Origin: Cytophagaceae bacterium
Lineage (GTDB): Bacteria; Bacteroidota; Bacteroidia; Cytophagales; Spirosomataceae
Length of the DNA: 64,000 nucleotides
Direction of reading: 5' to 3'
Assembly: GCA_031383555.1 (NCBI GenBank)
Contig: JANMZR010000159.1
Span: 657 to 64,656, forward strand
Numbering within the stretch: position 1 is the first letter of the stretch; every line of letters begins with the position of its first letter. The notes beneath the pieces were generated by a model. The model saw nothing but the letters and a program-made list of their open reading frames with translations, was not told the DNA's origin and made no database searches. A program made the translations under genes and the position numbers. Positions 37,063 to 47,000 of the stretch are shown one piece after another.

Positions 37063-37494
37063 TCAATTATTACACATGCTACAAACCCCTTGCACCAATA
37101 AATTCATTTCTGTTTTTTTATAACCTGTTGGCAAGGTCATTGCAGGAATAATTACCGATTCTAAGCAAGTCGTTTGGCCACAAACGCTACATTTAAAATG
37201 AACATGATCGTGGTTATGGTGGTGTTCGGCCGTGTTGCATTCAGCTTTACATATCGCATATTTCATGCCTCCAACATCATCTAACACCTTGTGAATAAGG
37301 CCTTTATCAACGAAAGTTTTTAAGGTTCTATATATGGTAACTCGGTCAAATTTATCAGAAAGTATGTTTTCAATATCAGCATGCGCAAGGGCAAAGGAGC
37401 CGTCTTTAAATATCGATAATACTGCCTCACGAGCCTCCGTTTGGCGCAGGTTTGACGACCGTAAACTTGACAATATTTCAGACATAATAACCAC
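37063..37494 (-). CDS. Fur family transcriptional regulator
   Basis: A winged-helix region 'VTIYRTLKTFVDKGLIH', a His-rich 'HHHNHDHVHFKC', and paired CxxC motifs 'CSVCGQTTC ... CSMC'. The start is either the GTG at 37494 or the ATG at 37485. It begins 5 nt after the ABC gene's stop. Confidence 0.85.
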   Translation of the reverse strand: MVIMSEILSSLRSSNLRQTEAREAVLSIFKDGSFALAHADIENILSDKFDRVTIYRTLKTFVDKGLIHKVLDDVGGMKYAICKAECNTAEHHHNHDHVHFKCSVCGQTTCLESVIIPAMTLPTGYKKTEMNLLVQGVCSMCNN

Positions 37495-37499
37495 TTTAT

Positions 37500-39311
37500 T
37501 TAAATATCTTGAACTGCTTCAAATTGCATTTTCACCAAATTAGCATAAATTCCATCATTGTGCAATAAAAGTTGGTCATGCGTACCCGATTCGTGTATTT
37601 TTCCTTCTTTTATCACATAAATGTTGTCGACTGAACGAATTGTTGAGAGCCTATGTGCAATAATTATTGAGGTGCGTCCTTGCATCAAACCTTCAAGAGC
37701 ATCCTGCACTAATTTTTCAGATTCGGAGTCAAGTGCACTAGTTGCTTCATCCAAAAGCAAAATAGCCGGGTCTTTCAAAATGGCCCTCGCAATTGCTACT
37801 CGTTGCCTTTGGCCTCCAGAAAGTTTTATACCACGCTCACCCACTACGGTTTGTAGCTTTTCAGGGAAAGTGTCGATAAACTCCATGGCATTGGCCTTTT
37901 TTGCTGCTTGAATTACTTCATGTTCGGTAGCATCGGGTTTTCCGTAGGCAATATTTTCAAAAATTGTCCCGCCAAAAAGCATAACTTCCTGTGGCACTAT
38001 GGCCATATTATTTCTTAAATCTGATACATTATATGACTTTATATCTTTCCCATCAACTAAAATCTCTCCACCAATTGCATCATAAAATCGAAGTAATAAC
38101 TGCACTATTGTCGACTTACCAGCACCTGAATAACCCACTAATGCTATTTTTTCACCCGCATTTATTTTAAAATTTATATTTTTCAACACCTCCAAATCTG
38201 CCCTTGATGGATAATTAAATGCCACATTTTTAAACTCAACATCTCCATAAATTTTAGGTGCTTTATTACTTGACTTTACAATTTCTACTTCTGGGTTTTC
38301 ATCGAATATTTCCAAAACCCTATCCGATGCCCCTATTGCTACCTGTACAGAAGCAATCATCTCACCAAGGCCGTTCAAAGAGCCTCCAATAAACATAGTG
38401 TAAAACACGAAAGTAATCATTTCGTTTATCTCTAACTCATTGGCAATCACAAGCTTACCTGCATACCAAACTATTCCAATAATACTTCCAAAAAGTGCAA
38501 ATATGATAAAAGAGATAAAACCACCACGTAATTTTGCTGTTTTCATGGCAATATTTACTACTTTGCCCAATGAGCTGCCGTAACGGTTTATCTCCAGTCT
38601 TTCATTGGTGTATGATTTTACTACGTTTATCGACTGGAAAGTTTCCTCAACAATTACATTAGCTGCAGCCAATTCTTTTTGTGCCTCACCCGATAGCTTT
38701 CTAATGTAACGACCAAATACCATTGCCACCACTATTAAAATTGGAAAAGTAGCCAACATAAATACTGTTAACTTCCATGAAATGAGGGAGATAATAACTA
38801 CACCTACCACAATTGTGATGATTTGCCGAATGAATTCGGCAACGGTAGTTGTAATAAGGCCTTGCAACATACCGATATCGGAAGTTATTCGGCTCATTAA
38901 TTCACCTACTCTTCTTTGTTCGAAAAAGTGAATCGGAAGGGAAATAATTTTGCTGTAAAGTGCTTTCCTAATGTCGGCAATAGTGCGCTCACTTACCTGC
39001 GTGAAAAAATACACCCTTGCAAACGAAAACACTGATTGTAATACCAAAACAATTACCAAAACGCCAATAACTTGGTTGATGGTATAGTCTGATTTTTTTT
39101 CTAAAACTGCTAATATTTCCCCCAACAATTTTGGAAATAATAAAGAAGTGCCAATTGAAAAAGCCAATGCAATTAGGCCTAATGCATATTTTACACGATA
39201 GGGATATGCATATTTGAAAATTGTATAAAGTTTTTTAAAACCGTCTTTTGTAAGTCTTTGTTTACTTTTTGCTGCTAACTCCCCTAAAAAACTCTCTTTT
39301 TTATCTGACAT
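37500..39311 (-). CDS. ABC exporter, fused permease/ATP-binding protein (MsbA/ABCB-like)
   Basis: Six-TM N-domain, Walker A 'GYSGAGKST', signature 'LSGGQRQR', Walker B 'ILLLDEATSALD' and H-loop 'IIIAHRL'. Confidence 0.9.
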   Translation of the reverse strand: MSDKKESFLGELAAKSKQRLTKDGFKKLYTIFKYAYPYRVKYALGLIALAFSIGTSLLFPKLLGEILAVLEKKSDYTINQVIGVLVIVLVLQSVFSFARVYFFTQVSERTIADIRKALYSKIISLPIHFFEQRRVGELMSRITSDIGMLQGLITTTVAEFIRQIITIVVGVVIISLISWKLTVFMLATFPILIVVAMVFGRYIRKLSGEAQKELAAANVIVEETFQSINVVKSYTNERLEINRYGSSLGKVVNIAMKTAKLRGGFISFIIFALFGSIIGIVWYAGKLVIANELEINEMITFVFYTMFIGGSLNGLGEMIASVQVAIGASDRVLEIFDENPEVEIVKSSNKAPKIYGDVEFKNVAFNYPSRADLEVLKNINFKINAGEKIALVGYSGAGKSTIVQLLLRFYDAIGGEILVDGKDIKSYNVSDLRNNMAIVPQEVMLFGGTIFENIAYGKPDATEHEVIQAAKKANAMEFIDTFPEKLQTVVGERGIKLSGGQRQRVAIARAILKDPAILLLDEATSALDSESEKLVQDALEGLMQGRTSIIIAHRLSTIRSVDNIYVIKEGKIHESGTHDQLLLHNDGIYANLVKMQFEAVQDI

Positions 39312-39463
39312 AATTTTTTGTACTATTTTTATATAACCAATTTGAAAATTTATGGGTTCATTTTAGATTTACAAGCTTCCAAAAGTAGGCATATCCTCGA
39401 AATATATTGTTGGAAATAACCTTATTCTACCTTTAGTGTTGGTATCTAAACCTTCTAAAAATT

Positions 39464-40510
39464 CTAATTCAAATCCCCTTTCCCTTTATATTTAGATTTT
39501 TCAAAAATATCTTGCGCTTTTGGGTTTTGTAATAAAGAAATTAGTGATTGTTCCGAATTATTTTCTAAATACTTTTTAACAATTTTCCACCCCAACCAAC
39601 GCCCAATCATACCAGGACAGTCGGGGCTAATTTCTTGTGTATTAGGTCTTTCTTCCAAATATTTGGCTTTTTTAAATGGGCTAGTTTCATACAAAAGTTT
39701 TTGGTCAATCATATGCGCCCATACCATTTCTTGTGAAACTTCTGTGGCGTCCAATTTTTTTTGTGAATAACCAATTATTAAGCTATCAGCCACATTGGGA
39801 ATCATCATTTTAGTGAATTGGTAGCATTTCCCATAAAACAACATATCAGCCAATAGCGACTTGTCTAAAGGGTCAATTTTCGCTTTTTTTATAGCCAATT
39901 GGTTGAGAATTGAAGGAACTATATATTCTTTCTGGTATTTCTTTAGCTGATAATCATATACTTGAGGGCGATATTTCGCATTTTTCCCAGCGAAATATTC
40001 AAGACCAATTACGATAGCTGAGTCCGTAACTTGAATGTCTTTACCAGCAAATCCCGTAAAAAAAGTATAAACTTTTGGCGCCTTAAAGTTCGGGTATGTC
40101 ACTTTTATATTACTAAAAGCTTGATTTATAGCGTTTTGAAGGTAGTTTATTTTAATTCCAGTGGTGTTATTAATCGTTTCGTTGTAAAACTGGCCTAAGG
40201 TCGGATTCTGTATAAATTCAAATAGTTTTTTTGCCAATTCTGGAAAATTTTGAGCAGGAGTTTCAAAATATGATTCGGATATGATTTTATTATTTTCTAA
40301 TAATTTGAAAACTCCCGCTTCATTTTTTGAAGCAAAAAGGAGTGAGTCCAACCGAATAATTGGGGCTGAAAGTTTTACTTTTTGTCTTTCATTATCGCTT
40401 TTATCTTTATCAAATCTACAACTTTGAAGTATGATTACTGAAATAGCTAGGAGAATATTAAATGTGTTTTTCAAGATATTTTGCTCGGAATTATTGTACA
40501 AAAATAACAT
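39464..40510 (-). CDS. gldB: Gliding motility lipoprotein GldB-like (DUF2268-related)
   Basis: Lipobox 'VIILQSC'. The C-terminal 'CPGMIGRWLGWKIVKKYLENN......LL...AQDIFEKSKYKGKG' closely resembles my recollection of Flavobacterium GldB ('PGR.GQWLGWQIV..FMENN...IFENSKYKPKK'). Confidence 0.6.
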   Translation of the reverse strand: MLFLYNNSEQNILKNTFNILLAISVIILQSCRFDKDKSDNERQKVKLSAPIIRLDSLLFASKNEAGVFKLLENNKIISESYFETPAQNFPELAKKLFEFIQNPTLGQFYNETINNTTGIKINYLQNAINQAFSNIKVTYPNFKAPKVYTFFTGFAGKDIQVTDSAIVIGLEYFAGKNAKYRPQVYDYQLKKYQKEYIVPSILNQLAIKKAKIDPLDKSLLADMLFYGKCYQFTKMMIPNVADSLIIGYSQKKLDATEVSQEMVWAHMIDQKLLYETSPFKKAKYLEERPNTQEISPDCPGMIGRWLGWKIVKKYLENNSEQSLISLLQNPKAQDIFEKSKYKGKGDLN

Positions 40511-40601
40511 ATTAGTGTTGAAAAATTTTGGATTTTAGGTTGTTAACGCATTTATTACCCCCCAATAATATAATTAAAATAAGAAAATTATTTAGAAATA
40601 A

Positions 40602-40609
40602 TATATTTG
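40602..40609 (+). promoter_or_regulatory. -7 box (TATATTTG) upstream of the TetR gene
   Basis: A TAnnTTTG match 63 nt upstream of the ATG at 40673. Confidence 0.35.
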
Positions 40610-40672
40610 GCTTAGTTTTTGATTGATGAGAAGATATTAAAACTATCGTTCTAAAAAAGAATTAACTAAATT

Positions 40673-41251
40673 ATGGCTCGCCCAAAAGAGTTTAATGAGA
40701 AAGATGTATTAGAAAAAGCTATGCTTTTGTTTTGGCAAAAGGGATATTTTCAGACCTCTATTCAGGACCTTGTTGATACAATGGGTATAAATAGAGCAAG
40801 TTTGTATGGCGCATTTTCTGATAAGCACAACTTATACATATTGGCTTTAGAGCGATATCGACAGCAGGATGTTAGTCAGCTTTTACAACTTTTCAATAGA
40901 AATTTGCCAGCAAAACAGTTTTTTGATGTTGTTTTTGATAATGTAATTGTGGGCCTCACCGATGATCCTGATAGAAAGGGCTGCTTTCTTACTAACGCTA
41001 CTCTTGAAATGCTACCTGATGATTTTGAAGTTCAAACCTTAGTCAGCACAAACATTGCTTTTTTACAAGAAATATTTATGGAGGTATTGAATAATAGCCT
41101 TAAAAACAACGAGTTAAATTCAAAAATATCCATAACTATTTTAGCTGATTTTCTCATTAGCCAAATGTACGGCTTGCGAATGATTGGCAAAGCCCAGCCC
41201 AATTTGAAACTGCTTAATGGTATTAAAAATGAGGCTTTGAGCAGGCTTTAG
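40673..41251 (+). CDS. TetR/AcrR family transcriptional regulator
   Basis: N-terminal HTH 'F.QKGY..TSIQDLVDTMGINRASLYGAF.DK..L' is the TetR_N signature. Confidence 0.85.
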   Translation: MARPKEFNEKDVLEKAMLLFWQKGYFQTSIQDLVDTMGINRASLYGAFSDKHNLYILALERYRQQDVSQLLQLFNRNLPAKQFFDVVFDNVIVGLTDDPDRKGCFLTNATLEMLPDDFEVQTLVSTNIAFLQEIFMEVLNNSLKNNELNSKISITILADFLISQMYGLRMIGKAQPNLKLLNGIKNEALSRL

Positions 41252-41408
41252 TTTTTTCGAATGTATTTCATTTAATTTTGAGCATATAAAGTCATCAAAA
41301 TGAATATATTATTTACATTATCTTTTGGGGGTTTTCAAAAGTTACACTTCCAGCTATATCAGCCGACGATATTTTAGGGCTTTGGATTGCCAAGCTAACA
41401 AATTTGCC

Positions 41409-42866
41409 TCATTCCCCTTTTATTAACTCAATATAAAATTTTACAACATTTTTAAAGTCTTGTACGCTTATTCGCTCGTTGGTGCCGTGAGGTCGTTTCA
41501 GGTCTTCTTCCGTCATACGTACAGGCATGAAGCGATAGGCATTTTTGGTTACATTTCTAAAATATCTAGCATCGGTTGCACCTAAAACTAAATATGGGGC
41601 AACAATTACTTCCGGGAAACACTTTTTTATTGTTTTATGAATCAACCGAAAACCCATTGATGCGGTGTCAGAAATTGGCGAAGGTTCGATATCGGTTAGC
41701 TCATTTGATTCAACTGTAACTCGCTCATTATCAATTGCTTTTATTACATAATCAACTATGCCTTTCACAGAATCGCCTGGTAGTATTCTGAAATTTATTT
41801 TGGCAATTGCCTCCACTGGCAGCACATTATCTTTCACACCAGCATTAATAATTGTTGGGGCAATTGAAGTGCGAACCATGGCATTTCCAGCATTTGTTTT
41901 TTCCAATAAACTAATAATTAGGGGCTTCATAATTGCTCTATTGGACATCGCCATTTTGTTAACAAATGGCATTTCGGGAGCCAAATAATCTTGCAAATAA
42001 CCTGCCGCACCTTCCAATCGGGCTGGGAATGGGTGTTTTTGCAACTTATCAATTGCCTCGGCCAACATGCCAATACTTGTTTGTGGTGGCGGCATTGAGG
42101 AGTGTCCGCCATCGCCCAAAACCGTCAACTGAAGTGTTGCATAGCCTTTTTCGGCCACGCCAATTAATGCAACAGGTTTTGTGATCCCACTCACTCCATT
42201 TGTCATTATGCTTCCGCCTTCGTCCATTACATATTCAAACTCAATTTTTCGTTTTTCGAACATTTCCGAAACTAATTTGGCACCGTATCGTCCCGTAACT
42301 TCTTCATCGTGGCCAAATGAAAAATAGTGCGTTCTTTCTGGCTGATAATTTTGGCTTAAAAGATGTTCAACAGCCTCCAAAGCTCCCATTACGGTCACTT
42401 TATCATCTAAAGTACCTCTTCCATATACAAATCCCTCAGCAATTTCGCCAGCAAAAGGCATATGTTTCCACATTTTTTCAGTGCCTTGAATTACAGGAAC
42501 AACGTCATAATGGCCCATCAAAAGCACTGGTTTTAGGCTTGTATTTTTTCCTTTCCATTCAAAAACTAAAGTATAAATATTTACTTTTTCCAAACTTAAT
42601 TTTGAGTGAACAAGCGGGTAAGTTTTCTCCAAAAAAAGCAAAAACTTATCAAATTGTGTGCTGTCCATCAAAGTTGGGTCTGAAAATGAAACCGTTCTTA
42701 GTTTTATAGCATCCGACAAATGTTTCAAAGCAGAATCCGAAATCTCAATATTTTTGGCTGGAATTACCTCTAACATTTGCTTTGAACTGATTCGAAATGT
42801 GTTGAAAAGTAAATAGGCTATTAAGGCTAGAAATGCAAAAAAGATTAGTTTTAGGGTTGATTTCAT
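41409..42866 (-). CDS. M20/M25/M40 family metallopeptidase with N-terminal membrane anchor
   Basis: 'LLMGHYDVVP', 'GRGTLDDK' and 'FGHDEE' are M20 metal-binding motifs. The N-terminus has a TM helix. Confidence 0.85.
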   Translation of the reverse strand: MKSTLKLIFFAFLALIAYLLFNTFRISSKQMLEVIPAKNIEISDSALKHLSDAIKLRTVSFSDPTLMDSTQFDKFLLFLEKTYPLVHSKLSLEKVNIYTLVFEWKGKNTSLKPVLLMGHYDVVPVIQGTEKMWKHMPFAGEIAEGFVYGRGTLDDKVTVMGALEAVEHLLSQNYQPERTHYFSFGHDEEVTGRYGAKLVSEMFEKRKIEFEYVMDEGGSIMTNGVSGITKPVALIGVAEKGYATLQLTVLGDGGHSSMPPPQTSIGMLAEAIDKLQKHPFPARLEGAAGYLQDYLAPEMPFVNKMAMSNRAIMKPLIISLLEKTNAGNAMVRTSIAPTIINAGVKDNVLPVEAIAKINFRILPGDSVKGIVDYVIKAIDNERVTVESNELTDIEPSPISDTASMGFRLIHKTIKKCFPEVIVAPYLVLGATDARYFRNVTKNAYRFMPVRMTEEDLKRPHGTNERISVQDFKNVVKFYIELIKGE

Positions 42867-42901
42867 TGGGAAGAGTTATGAAGTTTTGTTAGTTGAATTT
42901 T

Positions 42902-43987
42902 TTATACAAAAGGCATTTTTACTACTTTAGCTCTCAATTGATTATTGCGAACTTGGATTAAAATTTCGGTTCCTGTTTTTGCATAACTACTTTTTACATA
43001 ACCCATACCAATTCCTTTGTTGAGGCATGGCGACTGTGTGCCAGAGGTTACTTCTCCAATATTATTGCCTTCAATATCTAATATTTGATAATGCTGGCGA
43101 GGGATGCCACGGTCAATCAACTCAAAGCCAACCAATTTTTTTGAAGGACCTTCTTGTTTGATTTTCAGGTGTTTATCTGATTGTGTAAAAGTTTTACTGA
43201 ATTTAGTTATCCAACCTAAACCGGCCTCAATTGGTGAAGTAGTGTCGTCAATATCGTTGCCATATAAGCAATAACCCATTTCTGTACGGAGTGTATCCCT
43301 CGCACCTAAGCCAACAGGAATTATGTTAAATTCGGCACCTGCAGTAAATATGGCATCCCACATTTTGCGTGCATCATTGTTCCAAACATAAATTTCAAAA
43401 CCTCCAGCTCCTGTATAACCTGTTGTGGATATAATTACATCATCAATATCAGCTACTTTCCCTGCCAAAAACTCATAATTGTCCATTTCGGCCAATTTCA
43501 GATAGGTTAATTTTTCCATAACTGCCAGTGCCTTAGGGCCTTGTATAGCAAATAGACAAAGGTTGGTACTCATATCTTCAAGTTCTACTCCTTCAGTATT
43601 TTGGCTTACAATCCAATTCCAATCTTTATCAATATTGGAAGCATTTACGACTAAATAATATTCATTTTCATCCCAACGATACACCAAAAGGTCGTCAATT
43701 ATACCGCCTTCATTGTTAGTCATACAAGTATATTGTACTTTGCCATCAATCAAAGTAGCAGCATCGTTGGTACAAAGTTTTTGAATTAAATCCAACGCTT
43801 TTGGCCCTTTCAATGAGAATTCACCCATATGGCTTACATCAAACACACCCACAGCATTACGAACAGCCATGTGTTCTTGTATAAGATTAGTGTAAAGTAT
43901 TGGCATATTATACCCCGCAAAAGGCAATATTTTTGCCCCTAATTGAACATGAAGATCATGTAATTGGATGTTTTTAATTGAATCCAT
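42902..43987 (-). CDS. gcvT: Glycine cleavage system aminomethyltransferase (T protein)
   Basis: 'FAGY.MP..Y....EH.AVR...G.FDVSHMGEF', 'STTGYTGAGGFEIY' and 'GLGARDTLR.E' are GcvT signatures. Confidence 0.95.
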   Translation of the reverse strand: MDSIKNIQLHDLHVQLGAKILPFAGYNMPILYTNLIQEHMAVRNAVGVFDVSHMGEFSLKGPKALDLIQKLCTNDAATLIDGKVQYTCMTNNEGGIIDDLLVYRWDENEYYLVVNASNIDKDWNWIVSQNTEGVELEDMSTNLCLFAIQGPKALAVMEKLTYLKLAEMDNYEFLAGKVADIDDVIISTTGYTGAGGFEIYVWNNDARKMWDAIFTAGAEFNIIPVGLGARDTLRTEMGYCLYGNDIDDTTSPIEAGLGWITKFSKTFTQSDKHLKIKQEGPSKKLVGFELIDRGIPRQHYQILDIEGNNIGEVTSGTQSPCLNKGIGMGYVKSSYAKTGTEILIQVRNNQLRAKVVKMPFV

Positions 43988-44045
43988 CTTATTGAAAATA
44001 GAATAAAAATGTGTAGGAAAATAATAATAATTCAGCTGCTTGGCA

Positions 44046-44053
44046 CAAAACTA
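44046..44053 (-). promoter_or_regulatory. -7 box (TAGTTTTG on the minus strand) for gcvT
   Basis: The plus strand reads caaaacta. The box is 59 nt upstream of the gcvT ATG at 43987. Confidence 0.35.
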
Positions 44054-44082
44054 GGAAGCGAAAACATAAAAACCTAATTGTA

Positions 44083-47000
44083 CTATAACTTGATAAATTT
44101 TTTCAAATAAAACTTTTTATCTATTTCAATTCGCACAAAATATTGCCCAGGCTGGAGGTAGTTCACAGAAATTATGGGCTGTTCGGAATAAGTGGCATTT
44201 AAAGTGCTTTCGGTTATTTTTTGGCCTAAAGCATTTATTATCTGGTATTTAACTAATTTATTGCCAATATTTTTTATAGAAAAACTATCAAATACTGGGT
44301 TTGGAAAAAGTGTTAAATTATCGCCAATATTAACAGTTTCATCAGCCAAAATAACCACATATATTTCAGCACTTTGAACATCGCAACCATCAACTACAGC
44401 TTTTATAGCGTAAGAGCCTGTTTCAAAAGCGGTTAATTCTTGTTTGTTTGCGCCTAAAATTGGGTTTCTAGAAAGTAACCATTGGTAGCTTTCAGCAGGG
44501 CTCGAGTTAAGTACATAGCCCGTGGTAGTAATAATTGGTGTCGCTGGTGTTTTAATATTGACTGTTATCGTATTTGAAGAATTCGGACATATTCCATTAT
44601 TGCTAATCTGCACATAATATTTACCTTTTTTACTAATTTGGATTTTATTTTTATTGGCTTCTGAAATAAGTGTTGAGTCCTTAAACCATTGATATTGAAT
44701 GTCTTTACTATCGGTGGTTGCCAAAGTTACGGTCTGATTTGGGCATAAAGTTGTTGCAGCACTTGCAGTTATTATGCTAGCCAATCCGTTGGCTGTGGTA
44801 AGATTGGCCAACACTCTTTTTGGGCTTTGGCAGCCTAACGACTTTACTTTCAGATTATAAAAATAGTACCAAGCTTCTTTTAAGGTGCTTCCATTAAAGG
44901 CTGAACCTGTTATCGTTACAGCATTTTGCAACGAAAAAGGGAAACCCGACACCCCTTGGTTGCTACGAAATATGCTAGCGTCGTCTTCATACTCAATTGA
45001 AATTTGGTATTCCCCAGCTTCTGGTAACTCAAGGCCTAAATTATAAATAGCACCTGGATCATTGGGGTCATCGAGTTGCTGGCCATTACTTGCATTACCC
45101 AATTTTGAGTTTCGAGTGGCTGTCACATCCAAGGTAACAGAGGTGACGGGGAAAAGGTCTGAAACCCGCTCAACGGTAAAAATAATTTTGCCTGAATGCC
45201 CAATATATAGCCTAGCACTTTCAAGAATAATGGGAGCCTTTGTTGAAATAATTGGTTTAGGGCCAAAGTTGCCGGAATAGGTACCCCCTGCATACTCCTT
45301 TTTAGATTTTGGACCGATTTGTCCAGAAATATCATTATATGTGGCATAAAGGACTGCTGGCGTTTCTGCTTTTTTAATTGAAACATTGTTACCAACAGCT
45401 AGTAGATTGCCATTTGTTTCCGAATCATACCAAAAAGCAGTGCCTTTATTAGCCGAATACAAGGTAGTTAGTGCACTATTTTCACACTTTATTACTTTTG
45501 AGTCTTGTGCTAAAATATCGGCATTAACACTCCGAATTATTTCAAAAGTATTATTTGTTGAATTTTCATCACTTTTTATAATAGCATTAAATAAGAAAGT
45601 GTATTTTGCATCGGTCTTAAAACCAACTGATATTGGCAAAGTAATTATGCTATTTGAAAGGCCGGGAATTTGAGCTTTTAAACCAACTTTCTGAGAAGCT
45701 ATGCCTACATTATTTTCAAAAATTTCTAAATAAATTTCACCTTCCTCTATTGGCTGAGTGCCTTTGTTTTCAAGTTGAATACTCACATTTTCAATTGTAG
45801 TATTTCTGCAAATATTTTCATTTGGAAAAACTAAATTGGTTACTGCTAAATCGACTTTTGGATTTATAATACTTACCAAAAAATCTATGCTTTCTCCTTT
45901 ACTATTGGTTTGGCATCCCTTTGCCTCACTTGTTTCCGTAGTAACTAAACGAAGCCGAGTATTGTTGCCTGGTATGGCATTTTGAGGTACAACTATGTTA
46001 TTTTTAAATGAGTTAATAGTTGAAAGAGATGGGGATTCAGCCATTTTTTCACCAATATCATCAAAATCACCATCAATATTCCAATCAATGAAAATTCCAT
46101 AGGTTTTAGATTTTTGCTCGGCACAATTGGCAGTATTTACTTCAATATCAAATTTTTTGCCGGGTGAAACTTCTATTATTTGGTCCGTTTTATCAGTGTA
46201 AGTATTGCAACCTGCAGCTAGGGGATACAGAACGTTATTTATTACTACTTTCTCAAACCTACTTTCTTGCAATGTAGATTTTGCGGGCTGGCAATACGAA
46301 TTACCTCCCATCCCACTTATAATTAGGGCATAATCCTGTACTCCTCTGGTTAGTAGCGTTTTATGGGATATTTTTATCGTATATTCTTTACCAGGAATAG
46401 GATTGGCTATTAGAACTTGCTCCACATTATCTCTAAAATTATCCCCTTTTGTGGCATTATTTGCAGGTTTATTCGGATCTAGAACCCAGGCTTGGAAGTT
46501 TGTTTTTCCATCAGAAATCACAATATCAAGGTCATTCACCAATTTTGGAATTCGGCTATTCAAATTAGTTGCTGTTACACTTGAAGGGCTGGCTTCGGGG
46601 TCGGTCCAACAAATAGTGGCCACAATTGGTCCTTTACCATTGGCAATTATTTTTTTTGCAAAGACCCCCTTATCGGCTAAAGTTAGCTCTTCTAAAGAGT
46701 TTGTTTTCTCTTTATTAATCAATATTTTACTTGCCTTTTCAATATTAAGTAGCCCCCATCCAAAGGTGTAATCAGGCCCAGGGCGACCAGCGTCATCTGC
46801 ACTATGAAGGGCAAGGCCTTTTAGTGTTGATGAGCGCATCATTTTATTATTGTTGAGGCTAGCGAAAATTTCTTGTAGTAAAAAAACACTTCCTGCCACT
46901 TGAGGTGAAGACATAGATGTACCACTTAGAAAAGCGTATGCTTTTACTCCAAGATCGGAAGGGGAAAACAGATTGACCCCAGCACCTACAATATCGGGTT

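Noticed and set aside
41758-42709. A cluster of plus-strand ORFs (76, 72 and 130 aa) antisense to the M20 peptidase. Similar antisense or alternative-frame ORFs occur inside the S8 peptidase (44192-47998), the histidine kinase (51230-51729), the mutarotase (55732-56321) and the second OM receptor (61412-63192).
   Set aside because: All lie wholly inside long genes with strong family signatures. They have odd compositions (Cys/His/Pro/Trp-rich or low complexity) and no recognisable motifs. This is the expected background of shadow ORFs.
43988-44082. Possible glycine riboswitch upstream of gcvT.
   Set aside because: The gap is only 95 nt. It is AT-rich and lacks the conserved GGAGAG...CACCG-type cores. 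It does contain a plausible -7 promoter box.
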